Positions 8,637 through 18,289 of a stretch of 64,000 nucleotides of DNA are shown here, piece after piece. How positions within the stretch are numbered: position 1 is the stretch's first letter; each line of letters opens with the position of its first letter. Position numbers and translations under genes: made by a program. The stretch lies in NCBI GenBank assembly GCA_965662235.1, contig CBFIGY010000010.1, positions 30,170 to 94,169 on the forward strand, in the 5' to 3' direction. Below the pieces are notes generated by a model that did no database searches, was not told the DNA's origin, and saw nothing but the letters and a program-made list of their open reading frames with translations. This DNA comes from an uncultured bacterium. Its GTDB lineage: Bacteria; SAR324; NAC60-12.

Positions 8637-9494
8637 ATGCCTCCTCTCTACCAACGGCTGGTTTCCTCAGACTCCTCGCTGGTGGTGTACGACAACCCCG
8701 GCCCGCGCTTTGATGGGGTCTATCACTACCATCCTGAGTTTGAGCTGAGCCTCATCTGCAACACCAAGGGCCTGGCGGCTGTGGGAGAGAACATCCACCC
8801 CATCTCGCCTGGGGACATGATCCTGATGGGCCCGAACATTCCACATTACTGGAACAACGATGGGATGGAGCTGGAGGGAGCGCCGTCTCGGATCATGCTG
8901 GTGTTCAAGTTCACCGAACACTTTCTGGGGAAGGGGTTTCTTGAGCTTCCGGAGAGCCGCAAGCTGAACGAGTTTCTGCGCAAGGCAGCACAGGGCATCC
9001 GTTTTCTGGAGCCCGTCAGCAGTCGGGTACGGGAGCTGATGCTGGAGATTGAGGGCATTCCACCGGGGCTGCTGCGGCTTTCCCGGTTTCTGGAGCTGCT
9101 GAGCCTGGTCACCGAAACCGAGCAGCTGGAGACGCTTTCGGGGCATCCGACGGGGTTTCGGGGAAATGCGGTGCAAAACGAGCGCATTGACCAGGTTTAC
9201 AAGTACGTGATGAAGCACAATGCCGAGTCCATCTCCCTGACGGAGGTTGCCGAGCACATCCACATGAGTCCGGAGGCGTTCTGCCGTTTCTTCAAACGGA
9301 GCACGGGCAACACCCTCAATGAGTTCATTCAGAAAACCCGGATTGCCCGGATCTGCCACGAGTTGATGGAGAGCGAGGCTGGCATCACGGACATTGCTTA
9401 CGAGCACGGGTTCAACAACCTCTCCAACTTCAACCGTCAGTTCCGCAAGCACATGAACCTGACCCCGCGAGAGTACCGCAAGCTCTTTCAGTAG
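8637..9494 (+). CDS. AraC family transcriptional regulator (cupin + HTH)
   Basis: HYHPEFEL, MGPNIPH, FCRFFKRSTG, GFNNLSNFNRQFRK..TPREYR. ATG 8637 preferred over GTG 8565. Confidence 0.93.
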   Translation: MPPLYQRLVSSDSSLVVYDNPGPRFDGVYHYHPEFELSLICNTKGLAAVGENIHPISPGDMILMGPNIPHYWNNDGMELEGAPSRIMLVFKFTEHFLGKGFLELPESRKLNEFLRKAAQGIRFLEPVSSRVRELMLEIEGIPPGLLRLSRFLELLSLVTETEQLETLSGHPTGFRGNAVQNERIDQVYKYVMKHNAESISLTEVAEHIHMSPEAFCRFFKRSTGNTLNEFIQKTRIARICHELMESEAGITDIAYEHGFNNLSNFNRQFRKHMNLTPREYRKLFQ

Positions 9495-9861
9495 CCCCTT
9501 TTGTGTGCTGAGCCGTCACAGATGAAAGCGACTGAACGGGGCCCCGCCCCTTGGGGCTGAAGTCAAAATAGTATCAATTTTGGCTAAGTCAGGCATAGTC
9601 TCCTCCCCCACTCTCACGTATAACATCCTCCACTCTTGCCAAACCACTTGGCAATGAGCTTCCAGGGAAGCCGACCGGGGCTTTTATTTCCTCGAAAGTC
9701 CGATGCTTTCTGGCTTCCTCTGACTTTGGACTCCCTTGGTGTTCCGGGAGCGTGCGCGGATTCCGTCCCACTCCCGGAACAGTACCTCTGGCCGAGCGAC
9801 CTCTTTTTGTGCGTCGTTTGACCTCTTCAGGCGTCCAGCCCTCATCCGTCACCAGGCACTT

Positions 9862-10761
9862 ATGACGAACACCACGCAGGATCGGGGAGCGTTTCACGGG
9901 ATCTACATTCCCATGATCACTCCTTTTCTCAGGCAGGACGAATCCTTGGATTTGGCTGCAACGGAGGCTCTGATTGAATTCTTGATTGCCCATAACGTTC
10001 ATGGCCTTTACGTGGGGGGGAGCACGGGGGAGGCGTTCGCGCAGTCGACAGACGAGCGAGCGACCTTCCTCCGTCATGTTGCCTCTGTGGCCAAGGGGCG
10101 GCTCCGGCTGGTGGCGCATGTGGGCAGCCTGGCCACAAGAGATGCCCTGCACCTTGCAGAGGTGGCGGCTGCCAGCGGGTATGAGGCTACCTCGTCGGTG
10201 CCTCCGTACTACTACGCCTTTTCCCGGGAAGAGGTGCTGGGCTACTACGAGGAGTTGGCTTCGGCCACCTCGCTTCCGCTGCTCATTTACAACATTCCCG
10301 GAAATGCGCGGTTTCGCTTTTCGCTTGAGGACCTGAGCCGCTTGCTGCAGCACCCGTCCATCGTTGGGGTCAAACACACCGAGACGGACTTCTTCATCAT
10401 CGAGCGCCTCAAGGCGCGGCATCCTGAGGCCATTGTGTTCAATGGTCCGGATGAGATGCTCATTGCCGGACTGACGATGGGGTGCGATGGCGGAATCGGA
10501 AGCACCTATAACGTCATTCCAGAGACCTACGTCCGCCTCTATGAAAGCTTCCGTCGCGGCGACTGGCACCGAGCAATTGTGCTCCAACAAGAAGCCAATG
10601 CGCTCACGGAGCTTCTGCTGCAGGTGGGCCTGTACAATGGCCTCCGGCACCTGCTCCGGCGACGAGGCGTGGACACCGGCGTCAGTCGACGTCCCTTTGC
10701 GCCGTTGACGGCAGAGGGAGCAGCGAAGCTGGATTCCTTTTATGAACAGCACCTTTCATGA
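9862..10761 (+). CDS. nanA: N-acetylneuraminate lyase (DapA/NanA family)
   Basis: GLYVGGSTGE, PPYYYAFS, YNIP, GVKHT, NGPDEM, GGIGSTYN; clustered with an AGE epimerase. Confidence 0.85.
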   Translation: MTNTTQDRGAFHGIYIPMITPFLRQDESLDLAATEALIEFLIAHNVHGLYVGGSTGEAFAQSTDERATFLRHVASVAKGRLRLVAHVGSLATRDALHLAEVAAASGYEATSSVPPYYYAFSREEVLGYYEELASATSLPLLIYNIPGNARFRFSLEDLSRLLQHPSIVGVKHTETDFFIIERLKARHPEAIVFNGPDEMLIAGLTMGCDGGIGSTYNVIPETYVRLYESFRRGDWHRAIVLQQEANALTELLLQVGLYNGLRHLLRRRGVDTGVSRRPFAPLTAEGAAKLDSFYEQHLS

Positions 10762-10789
10762 GCCAGGCGGATTCGCCAATGGCGCCTTA

Positions 10790-10818
10790 GACCCGGTGCT
10801 GGGCACTGGGTCGGTTTT
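10790..10818 (+). terminator. Hairpin after nanA (terminator or mRNA stabiliser)
   Basis: GACCCGGTGC-tgg-GCACTGGGTC followed by GGTTTT. Confidence 0.5.
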
Positions 10819-10945
10819 GTCAATCCTTGAACCCTGAGGAGGAATTATGAAGCTCCCATTGCTTAACCGCATTGGAAACAGCGGGCTAAGCTTGGCACAG
10901 GTAATCCCGAATCTCACTCATCTCTTCACCCCTACGGAGAAACCC

Positions 10946-12562
10946 ATGAAGGCCTTCAAAGTCCTCGCACTTGCGTCGCTGCTGGTGTTCCAGTCCGTAT
11001 CGCTCTGGGCCGCCAGCCCCAACAGCAACCAGCTTTCAGATGTCCGTGTGCGTCAGGCGATTGCCTACGCCATCGACATGGACACCATCGTGGAGACCCT
11101 CTTTGAGGGCATGGCCATTGCGGCAGACAGCTCCATCCCCAACGGCTCCTTCAAGGCTCCGGGACTGCCCCGTTACACGTATGATCCGGACAAGGCCCGT
11201 CAGCTGCTCAAGGAAGCCAACTGGGACTCCAGCCGGGTGCTGGACGTGGTGTATTACTATGGTGACCAGACGACGGCTGACCTGATGGCAGCAATCCAGG
11301 CCTACCTGGCAGATGTGGGCGTCCAGATGACCTTCCGCAAGCTGGAAGGCGACGTGGGTGCTCAGCTGCGGACGCTTCCGGAAGACCCGGTCAATGGCCC
11401 TGCGGCAATCACGTGGGACCTGGGCTACGGAGCCAAGGCGGCGTTGGCCCTGCAGGAGTACTACAACAATTATGAGACCGGCAAGAACGCCAACACTCCC
11501 GGATCGCCTGAGCTGGACCAGCTGGTGGCTGCCATCAACAGCACCGCAGATGTGGAGAAGCAGCGAGCGGCCTTCTTTGCCATTGAGCGGTATGAGATGG
11601 AAAACCTCTTTGTGCTGCCCCTGTACTACCAGCAGATGTTCATCTATGAGAGCAAGCGGCTCAACCGCAACGGTGGACTCTACGGAAACGCTCAGTACAA
11701 CTACGACTGGAACATCGTGGACTGGACCGTCACCCCAGATGCCAATGGCAAGCAGGTGCTGCGGACCAATACCGGCCCCGTCGAGTTCTTTGAGCACTCC
11801 TGGTTCAACCCGGGACTGTACATCTACACGAAGGTGCTCTTTGACCGCCTGATCACGGCCGACGGCTCTTTGGCACCGTCGAATCCGCAGATGGCGAAGT
11901 ACTACAACCTGAGTGACGATGGCAAGACCCTGACCGTACAGCTCATGGACGGCCTCACCTGGCACGACGGCACTCCGATCACCGCTGAGGAGATCAAGTG
12001 GAACGTTGAGTTTGCCAGCAAGGTTCCGGTGATTCACCCCATCTTCAAGCAGACCTTCTCTTCCTTGAAGGGCGCTCAGGCCTTCACCGACGGTGCGGCC
12101 TCGGAGATTGCCGGCATCACCACCCAAGGCAACACCCTCACCTTCAGCTTTGAGACGCTGGACCCGAACGTGCTGCTGACGTTCTCGCAGTGGGCGCCGC
12201 TGCCCCGCAAGCACATCGGCAACGCGGATCCGCTGAAGTTCCAGCAGCACCCCTTCTGGCAGAATCCGATTGGCTCCGGTCCGTTCCGGGTCAAGGAAGT
12301 GCAGATGAACGACTACCTCGTGATGGTGCCGTTTGAGGGCTACCACGGAGGACGGGCCAAGCTGGATGAGATTGTGGCGTACCCCAGTGGCGACAACGAT
12401 CCGAATGTGGTCAAGAACGCTGCTGCTGGTCAGCTCGACTACGGGTTCACCAAGAACGTCTCAGACGTCCAGTCGCTTCAGGCCATGGACCACATGCGGG
12501 TGACCCCAGTGGACATTCCGTATACCCGTGTGCTTTGGATCAACAAATTCCCGAAGCAATAG
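10946..12562 (+). CDS. ABC transporter solute-binding protein, family 5 (Dpp/Opp-like), circularly permuted
   Basis: GGAG RBS and signal peptide. DVRVRQAIAYAID and YDPDKARQLLKEA come first; LFDRL, SDDGKTLT, TWHDGTPITA and PIGSGPF come later. Confidence 0.9.
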   Translation: MKAFKVLALASLLVFQSVSLWAASPNSNQLSDVRVRQAIAYAIDMDTIVETLFEGMAIAADSSIPNGSFKAPGLPRYTYDPDKARQLLKEANWDSSRVLDVVYYYGDQTTADLMAAIQAYLADVGVQMTFRKLEGDVGAQLRTLPEDPVNGPAAITWDLGYGAKAALALQEYYNNYETGKNANTPGSPELDQLVAAINSTADVEKQRAAFFAIERYEMENLFVLPLYYQQMFIYESKRLNRNGGLYGNAQYNYDWNIVDWTVTPDANGKQVLRTNTGPVEFFEHSWFNPGLYIYTKVLFDRLITADGSLAPSNPQMAKYYNLSDDGKTLTVQLMDGLTWHDGTPITAEEIKWNVEFASKVPVIHPIFKQTFSSLKGAQAFTDGAASEIAGITTQGNTLTFSFETLDPNVLLTFSQWAPLPRKHIGNADPLKFQQHPFWQNPIGSGPFRVKEVQMNDYLVMVPFEGYHGGRAKLDEIVAYPSGDNDPNVVKNAAAGQLDYGFTKNVSDVQSLQAMDHMRVTPVDIPYTRVLWINKFPKQ

Positions 12563-12645
12563 AGTAACCTGAAGGCTTCCTCCTCTCCTCCTGCTCTCTC
12601 CGGAAAGGGGAGGCGGAGGCCTCTTCCCTGTTGTTGCGCTGGAGA

Positions 12646-13605
12646 ATGTACGCTTACTTTGTCAGACGGCTGCTGTTTCTGATCCCAATGCTGCTGGTCA
12701 TCAGCTTCTTCATCTACTTGGGAATGGAGCTGACGCCGGGAGACATTGTCTCCTACATGATCAGTCCGGAGCTGATCGCAGAGATCAGTCCAGAGGAGCT
12801 GGCCGCGATGCGTCAGGCCCTGGGGCTGGATGCACCGTTCATGATCCGGTACCTGCACTGGCTAGGAGGCGTTCTGCAGGGCGATTTTGGCTACAGCCTA
12901 GCCAGTGGCGTTCCGATCAAGGACATTGTGTTTGATCGCCTTCCTGCGACCCTAGAGCTTTCAGCGGTTGCCCTTCTGTTTTCCACCCTGTTCGGCTGCA
13001 TTCTGGGAACACTCAGTGCCCTCAACCGGGGCTCTGCAAGCGACAATGCCCTGACCGTGTTCGGCATGCTGGGGGTGTCCATTCCTGAATTCATCTTTGG
13101 GCTGTCGGCAATTGTCTTGTTTGCGCTGGAACTGAACTGGCTTCCCGTGGGCGGACGCCTGATGCCCGGTTACGAGACCTTCTGGGACCGTCTTCCGCAC
13201 CTAGTGCTACCGGCGCTGGTGCTTTCCTTGACCATGACCGCTGGGGTGATGCGGTACTCGCGTTCCAGCATGCTGGATGCAATGAACCGAGAGTTCATCA
13301 AGACCGCCCGGAGCAAGGGCCTTCCGGAGTGGCGGGTCAACTTTCTGCACGGCTTTCGGGTGGCTCTGACGCCAGTGGTGGTGCTGATCGGTTTTCGGCT
13401 GCCGTTGCTGATCGGGGGCACCGTGATTGTCGAGCAGGTGTTTCAGTGGCCTGGAGTTGGGGAACAGTTTGTCATTGCCGTTCGGGCGCAGAACTACCCT
13501 CTGATCATGATGATCGCGTTTTTGTCGGTCACCGCAGTGCTGCTGGCGAGCTTCCTCATCGACCTGCTGACTGCCCTGCTCGATCCTCGTGTCCAGCTGG
13601 AGTAG
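12646..13605 (+). CDS. ABC transporter permease (DppB/OppB-like)
   Basis: YFVRRLLFLIP, LQGDFGYS, RLPATLEL, TARSKGL EAA loop, EQVFQWPGVG. Confidence 0.95.
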   Translation: MYAYFVRRLLFLIPMLLVISFFIYLGMELTPGDIVSYMISPELIAEISPEELAAMRQALGLDAPFMIRYLHWLGGVLQGDFGYSLASGVPIKDIVFDRLPATLELSAVALLFSTLFGCILGTLSALNRGSASDNALTVFGMLGVSIPEFIFGLSAIVLFALELNWLPVGGRLMPGYETFWDRLPHLVLPALVLSLTMTAGVMRYSRSSMLDAMNREFIKTARSKGLPEWRVNFLHGFRVALTPVVVLIGFRLPLLIGGTVIVEQVFQWPGVGEQFVIAVRAQNYPLIMMIAFLSVTAVLLASFLIDLLTALLDPRVQLE

Positions 13606-13609
13606 CTCC

Positions 13610-14542
13610 ATGAATGCCAACGTGCCCCCTTCCAAGACACGGCTGGATCGGCAGTTTGACCGCATCCGGGAACGTGAAGAGCAGGGAACCTTTCGTCCAG
13701 GCGTGCAGAACCGGGTTCTGCGCAAGCTGCTGTCCAACAAGCTGGCTCTGGTAGGAGGGTGCTTTGTGCTCCTGACCCTGTTCTCTTCCCTCTTTGCCCC
13801 TCTGCTGACTCGGCATGACCCCCTCAAGGTGGACCTGCGTGCTCGGCTCCAGCCTCCTTCCGTGGAGCACGTTCTGGGAACGGACAAGATTGGTCGGGAC
13901 ATTTTTTCCCGCCTCATTCACGGGGGGCGGATTTCCATTTTGGTGGGGCTTGGAAGTGCCTTGGGCGCCGCGTTTATCGGAGTCTCCATTGGCGTCTATG
14001 CTGGGTATCGGGGCAACTGGCTCGATGGCCTCTTCTTGCGACTTTCCGAAATCGTCACGGCCTTTCCGCAGATCATCCTAGTGCTGATCCTGGTTTCAAT
14101 TGTGGGACAGGGGTTGGAGAACCTGATTGTCATCTTTGTCCTCACAGGGTGGGGACCGATGTACCGGATGATGCGCGCTCAGGTGCTGTCCTTGCGCGAG
14201 GAGGAGTACGTCCAGGCCCTGCAGGCGTTCGGACTGGGCAACGCGACCATCTGCTACAAGCACATCCTCCCCAATGCGCTGGGGCCCATCATGGTCAACA
14301 TCACTCTGACAACTGCCATGTTCATTCTGCAAGAAGCCGGGTTGAGCTTCTTGGGGCTGGGGGTGCCGTTGCAGATTCCAACCTGGGGAAACCTGCTCAA
14401 TGTGGCGCAGGACCTCCGTATTTTGCAGAACTACTGGTGGGTGTGGCTCCCGTCTGCAGTGATGATCTCCCTGTTTGTCCTGGCCATCAATTTTGTGGGA
14501 GACGGCCTCCGGGACTCCACTGATCCGAGCTTGCAGGGGTAG
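13610..14542 (+). CDS. ABC transporter permease (DppC/OppC-like)
   Basis: HVLGTDKIGRDIFSRL, HILPN, LSFLGLG, GDGLRD. Confidence 0.95.
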   Translation: MNANVPPSKTRLDRQFDRIREREEQGTFRPGVQNRVLRKLLSNKLALVGGCFVLLTLFSSLFAPLLTRHDPLKVDLRARLQPPSVEHVLGTDKIGRDIFSRLIHGGRISILVGLGSALGAAFIGVSIGVYAGYRGNWLDGLFLRLSEIVTAFPQIILVLILVSIVGQGLENLIVIFVLTGWGPMYRMMRAQVLSLREEEYVQALQAFGLGNATICYKHILPNALGPIMVNITLTTAMFILQEAGLSFLGLGVPLQIPTWGNLLNVAQDLRILQNYWWVWLPSAVMISLFVLAINFVGDGLRDSTDPSLQG

Positions 14543-14551
14543 GAAAACGTG

Positions 14552-15556
14552 ATGTCGCAGGAAACCATTCTCAGTGTCCGGAACCTGAAGACCTACTTCT
14601 ACACGAACAACCGCTGCAACAAGGCGGTGAACGGGGTTTCGTTTGAGGTCAAGAAGGGCAAAACGCTCTGCATCGTCGGGGAAAGTGGCTGTGGCAAAAG
14701 CGTCACTGCCGCGACCATCATGCAACTGCTGCCCAAGCTCTCACGGATTGAAGAGGGGGAAATCATCTACCACAGCGAGTCCGGAGACCTTCGCCTAGAC
14801 CAGCTGGAGCGCAACGGCAAGCAGATGCGCGCGCTCCGGGGGGCGGACCTGGCCATGATCTTTCAGGACCCGATGACCGCCTTCAATCCGGTTTACACCA
14901 TCGGTTGGCAGATTGGAGAAAACCTGAAGTACCACACGGACCTGCGCGCGCAGGAGGTTCGCCAGCGGACGGTGGAGTTGCTCCGCGAGATGGGCATTCC
15001 GCTTCCGGAACAGCGGGCGTCTGAGTACCCTCACCAGTTCTCCGGGGGCATGCGGCAACGGGCGATGATTGCCATGGCGATGGCCTGCAATCCCAAGTTG
15101 CTGATTGCCGACGAACCCACCACGGCTCTGGACGTGACCATTCAGGCGCAGATCTTTGACCTGATGGCACAGCTCAAGGCAGAGCACAACACCGCCATCA
15201 TGCTGATCACACACGATATGGGCGTGGTGGCTGAACTGGCAGATGAGGTAGCCGTTATGTACATGGGGCACATCGTGGAGAGTGGAACCGTGGAGGACGT
15301 GCTCCGGACTCCGGCCCACCCCTACACCAAGGCCCTGCTCAACTCGATTCCGGTGCTGGGACGGGGGAAGCAGCAGGACATTGAACCCATCCGAGGGGCG
15401 ACCCCGGATCCTTACAATCGCCCGCCCGGGTGCCAGTTTCAGCCCCGGTGCGACTTTGCCAGCGACCGCTGTGGCGTGATGCCAGACGAGCGCTCCCTCA
15501 GCCCAACCCATGCCGTCCGCTGCTGGCACTCTGAGCAGGTCCTTCGTCATGTCTGA
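14552..15556 (+). CDS. ABC transporter ATP-binding protein (DppD/OppD-like)
   Basis: [30 protein letters not shown] and a Cys-rich C-terminus. Confidence 0.95.
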   Translation: MSQETILSVRNLKTYFYTNNRCNKAVNGVSFEVKKGKTLCIVGESGCGKSVTAATIMQLLPKLSRIEEGEIIYHSESGDLRLDQLERNGKQMRALRGADLAMIFQDPMTAFNPVYTIGWQIGENLKYHTDLRAQEVRQRTVELLREMGIPLPEQRASEYPHQFSGGMRQRAMIAMAMACNPKLLIADEPTTALDVTIQAQIFDLMAQLKAEHNTAIMLITHDMGVVAELADEVAVMYMGHIVESGTVEDVLRTPAHPYTKALLNSIPVLGRGKQQDIEPIRGATPDPYNRPPGCQFQPRCDFASDRCGVMPDERSLSPTHAVRCWHSEQVLRHV

Positions 15557-16598
15557 GTCCTCCGTCATCCTCCAATTAAAGGGCGTAAAGACGCACTTTC
15601 CGGTCCGGAAGGGAGTCTTCAAACGGGTGGTGGGCCACGTCAAGGCGGTGGATGGCGTGGACCTGGAGGTGTACCGCGGCGAGACGCTGGGGCTGGTGGG
15701 AGAAAGCGGTTGCGGCAAGACCACCTTGGGAAAGTCCATCCTGCAACTCGTCCATGCCACAGAAGGAGAGATCCTTTACCACGATCAGGAGCGCACGCAC
15801 AACCTCCGTCAGTTGAACAAGGAAGAGCTGAAGTCCATCCGGAAGAAGCTGCAGATCGTCTTTCAGGATCCTCATTCGTCGCTCAACCCGGCACTGACGG
15901 TGTTCGATTCCCTGCAGGATCCGCTCAAGGCCTATGGCGTCCGGTCCCGGGCAGAGCGGCGCCAGATCATTGGAGACCTGCTGGAGGCGGTCAACATGCG
16001 CCGCGAGCAGATGGACAATTACCCGCACGAATTTTCCGGAGGCCAGCGGCAGCGCATTGGCATTGCCCGGGCGCTGTGCATTGGGCCGGAGCTGATCGTC
16101 TGCGATGAAGCGGTCAGTGCGCTGGATGTGTCCATTCAGGCGCAGGTGCTGAAGCTCCTCAAGCAGCTCAAGGACGAACGGAACCTGACGTACCTGTTCA
16201 TCACCCATGACCTGAGCGTGGTCGAGTACATCAGTGACCGGGTGGCGGTGATGTACCTTGGGAAAATTGTGGAGCTGGCCAACAGCGAGGAGCTGTATGC
16301 CAACGCACTGCATCCGTACACGCAGGCGCTGCTCTCTGCGATTCCGGTAGCCGACCTGGACCGGAAGTCCCACCGGACGCCGCTGGAAGGCGATGTTCCG
16401 AGTCCGGTGGATCCTCCATCTGGGTGCCCGTTCCACCCTCGCTGTCCTCAGCGTCAGGAAAATTGCCAGACCATGGTTCCGCCGCTGAAGAAGTACCGGA
16501 TCAATGGCAAGGACCACTTTGCCGCCTGTCACTACGCTGAAACCTTTGCGCGCGCTCCCCTTGAGGAAGCGCCGGCACCGCGCTCCGGAACACCGTGA
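15549..16598 (+). CDS. ABC transporter ATP-binding protein (DppF/OppF-like)
   Basis: GESGCGKT, FSGGQRQR, CDEAVSALD, HPYT, GCPFHPRC. Confidence 0.95.
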   Translation: MSESSVILQLKGVKTHFPVRKGVFKRVVGHVKAVDGVDLEVYRGETLGLVGESGCGKTTLGKSILQLVHATEGEILYHDQERTHNLRQLNKEELKSIRKKLQIVFQDPHSSLNPALTVFDSLQDPLKAYGVRSRAERRQIIGDLLEAVNMRREQMDNYPHEFSGGQRQRIGIARALCIGPELIVCDEAVSALDVSIQAQVLKLLKQLKDERNLTYLFITHDLSVVEYISDRVAVMYLGKIVELANSEELYANALHPYTQALLSAIPVADLDRKSHRTPLEGDVPSPVDPPSGCPFHPRCPQRQENCQTMVPPLKKYRINGKDHFAACHYAETFARAPLEEAPAPRSGTP

Positions 16599-16630
16599 GC
16601 CACTTGGCCTCCCCTTCTTCCGAGACTCCC

Positions 16631-17833
16631 ATGTCCCTCAGTCCCCAGTTGTTGAGTGCCTCAGGCAGAGATGCCCTGAAGCAGCTCTACCGAGACGGCT
16701 TGCTGCACGATACCCTGCCCTTTTGGCTGAAGCACAGCGTTGACCGTGAATTCGGAGGCTTCACCATCTGCCTGGGCCAGGACGGAACCGTCATTGACAC
16801 CGACAAGGGAATCTGGACGCAGGGACGATTCACGTGGTTGCTGGCGACGCTTTATGCCGAGGTGGAGCCCAACCCCGAGTGGCTGGCCTTGGCCAAGCAC
16901 GGCATCGACTTCCTCCGACGTTACGGCTTTGACGACGATGGACGGATGTTCTTTTCGGTCACGCAGGAGGGGCGGCCTCTGCGGAAGCGCCGTTACGTGT
17001 TTTCAGAAGCCTTTGCTGTTGCCGCATTGGCCGCGTATGCCCGTGCGTCCGGAGAGGCGCAGGCAAAGGAAGAAGCCCTGGCGGTGTTCCGGCTCATGCA
17101 GCGGTGCCTTTCGGAACCGGGGCTGCTGCCACCAAAAATGATTCCGGGAACGCGGGACACCAAGGGACTGGCGGTGCCGATGATTCAAATCGTCACGGCT
17201 CAGATCCTCCGTGAGGTCCTCGATGATCCGGAAGAGTGCAACCAGGTCATCGACCGCGCCATTGCCGAAATTCGGCAGGACTTCATGAAGCCGGAGTTCA
17301 AGGCGGTGCTGGAGACGGTTTCCACCTCCGGCGCCTTCTTGGATCACTTTGAGGGACGGATGCTGTGTCCGGGACACGCAATTGAAGCCGCGTGGTTCAT
17401 CCTCAAGGAATCGGCCTACCGCAACGGCGATGCGGCGTTGCAGGAGCTGGGACTGACGATTCTCGACTGGATGCTCGAGTGGGGCTGGGATCAGGAATAC
17501 GGAGGGGTGCTCTACTACCGCGACGTCAAGGGGTTGCCGGTGCAGGAGTACTGGCAGGACATGAAGTTCTGGTGGCCACACAACGAGGCGATCATTGCCA
17601 CCCTGCTCGCCTACACGCTGACCCAGGATGAAAAGTATGCCTGGTGGCACAAACTGGTCCACGACTGGGCCTATGCGCACTTTCCGGATCGGGAGCACGG
17701 CGAGTGGTTTGGCTACCTGCACCGTGATGGACGCCTCTCTGTGCCGCTCAAGGGGAACTTCTGGAAGGGGCCCTTTCACCTGCCCCGGATGCAGCTGGAG
17801 TGCTGGAAGAACCTAGAGGCCTTTACCCGATGA
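16631..17833 (+). CDS. N-acylglucosamine 2-epimerase (AGE family)
   Basis: LPFWLKHSVDREFGGF, DTDK.IW.QGR, PGHAIEAAWF, KFWWPHNEA, GEWFGYLHRDG, KGPFHLPR. Confidence 0.92.
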   Translation: MSLSPQLLSASGRDALKQLYRDGLLHDTLPFWLKHSVDREFGGFTICLGQDGTVIDTDKGIWTQGRFTWLLATLYAEVEPNPEWLALAKHGIDFLRRYGFDDDGRMFFSVTQEGRPLRKRRYVFSEAFAVAALAAYARASGEAQAKEEALAVFRLMQRCLSEPGLLPPKMIPGTRDTKGLAVPMIQIVTAQILREVLDDPEECNQVIDRAIAEIRQDFMKPEFKAVLETVSTSGAFLDHFEGRMLCPGHAIEAAWFILKESAYRNGDAALQELGLTILDWMLEWGWDQEYGGVLYYRDVKGLPVQEYWQDMKFWWPHNEAIIATLLAYTLTQDEKYAWWHKLVHDWAYAHFPDREHGEWFGYLHRDGRLSVPLKGNFWKGPFHLPRMQLECWKNLEAFTR

Positions 17834-17869
17834 CCGAGCCGCAGGGCGTGGCGGGTCAAGTCGCTTGAC

Positions 17870-18289
17870 CTAACGGGCGATCCGGCGGATGCCGGCCTGG
17901 CACCCGAGCTTGAGGAAAGGGGTGTTGCGCGGGTCCTGCGGGTCGAGGTACAGGCCCTGAGCGCTGGGGTGCTGTTCAAAGTTGTCCACATCGCTGTCCT
18001 GCCAGTTGCAGAGCACCTCCGCGCTCCGGACCACTTCTCGACGGGTGCAGCGCAGCGTCTTCCCAGCGATCATCATCCACCCAGTGGAGTCCTGCCAGCT
18101 GTTTTCAATGACACAGGCCCATCCCTGTCCCTCAAAAACGGGCCCGTCTTCCACAATCCGGAGGACCTCTTTGGGGCCGTAAACGCCCTCACGGTAGAAC
18201 TCAAGCTGCCACTCGAAGTAGCTTTGGGCCTGCACCGGCAGCCCCAGCAGCAGCCCCACTCCGAGCAAGCCCCCTTGCAGTGCCTTCAT
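17870..18289 (-). CDS. Hypothetical secreted protein
   Basis: Signal peptide (…PVQA), 4 Cys, ATGA overlap with the upstream kinase gene. Confidence 0.6.
   Translation of the reverse strand: MKALQGGLLGVGLLLGLPVQAQSYFEWQLEFYREGVYGPKEVLRIVEDGPVFEGQGWACVIENSWQDSTGWMMIAGKTLRCTRREVVRSAEVLCNWQDSDVDNFEQHPSAQGLYLDPQDPRNTPFLKLGCQAGIRRIAR

Noticed and set aside
9561..9590. AT-rich GTCAAAATAGTATCAATTTT upstream of nanA as a possible AraC site
   Set aside because: Single occurrence with no repeat partner; cannot be supported from sequence alone.
11036..12346. Long antisense ORFs (also 4173..5288, 31849..32880, 43233..44759, 56630..57727, 60653..61816)
   Set aside because: They lie opposite well-supported genes, as expected from GC-rich codon bias.
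12574..12625. Purine/pyrimidine stem-loop after the SBP gene
   Set aside because: Ordinary intercistronic stabiliser-type structure in ABC operons; imperfect pairing.
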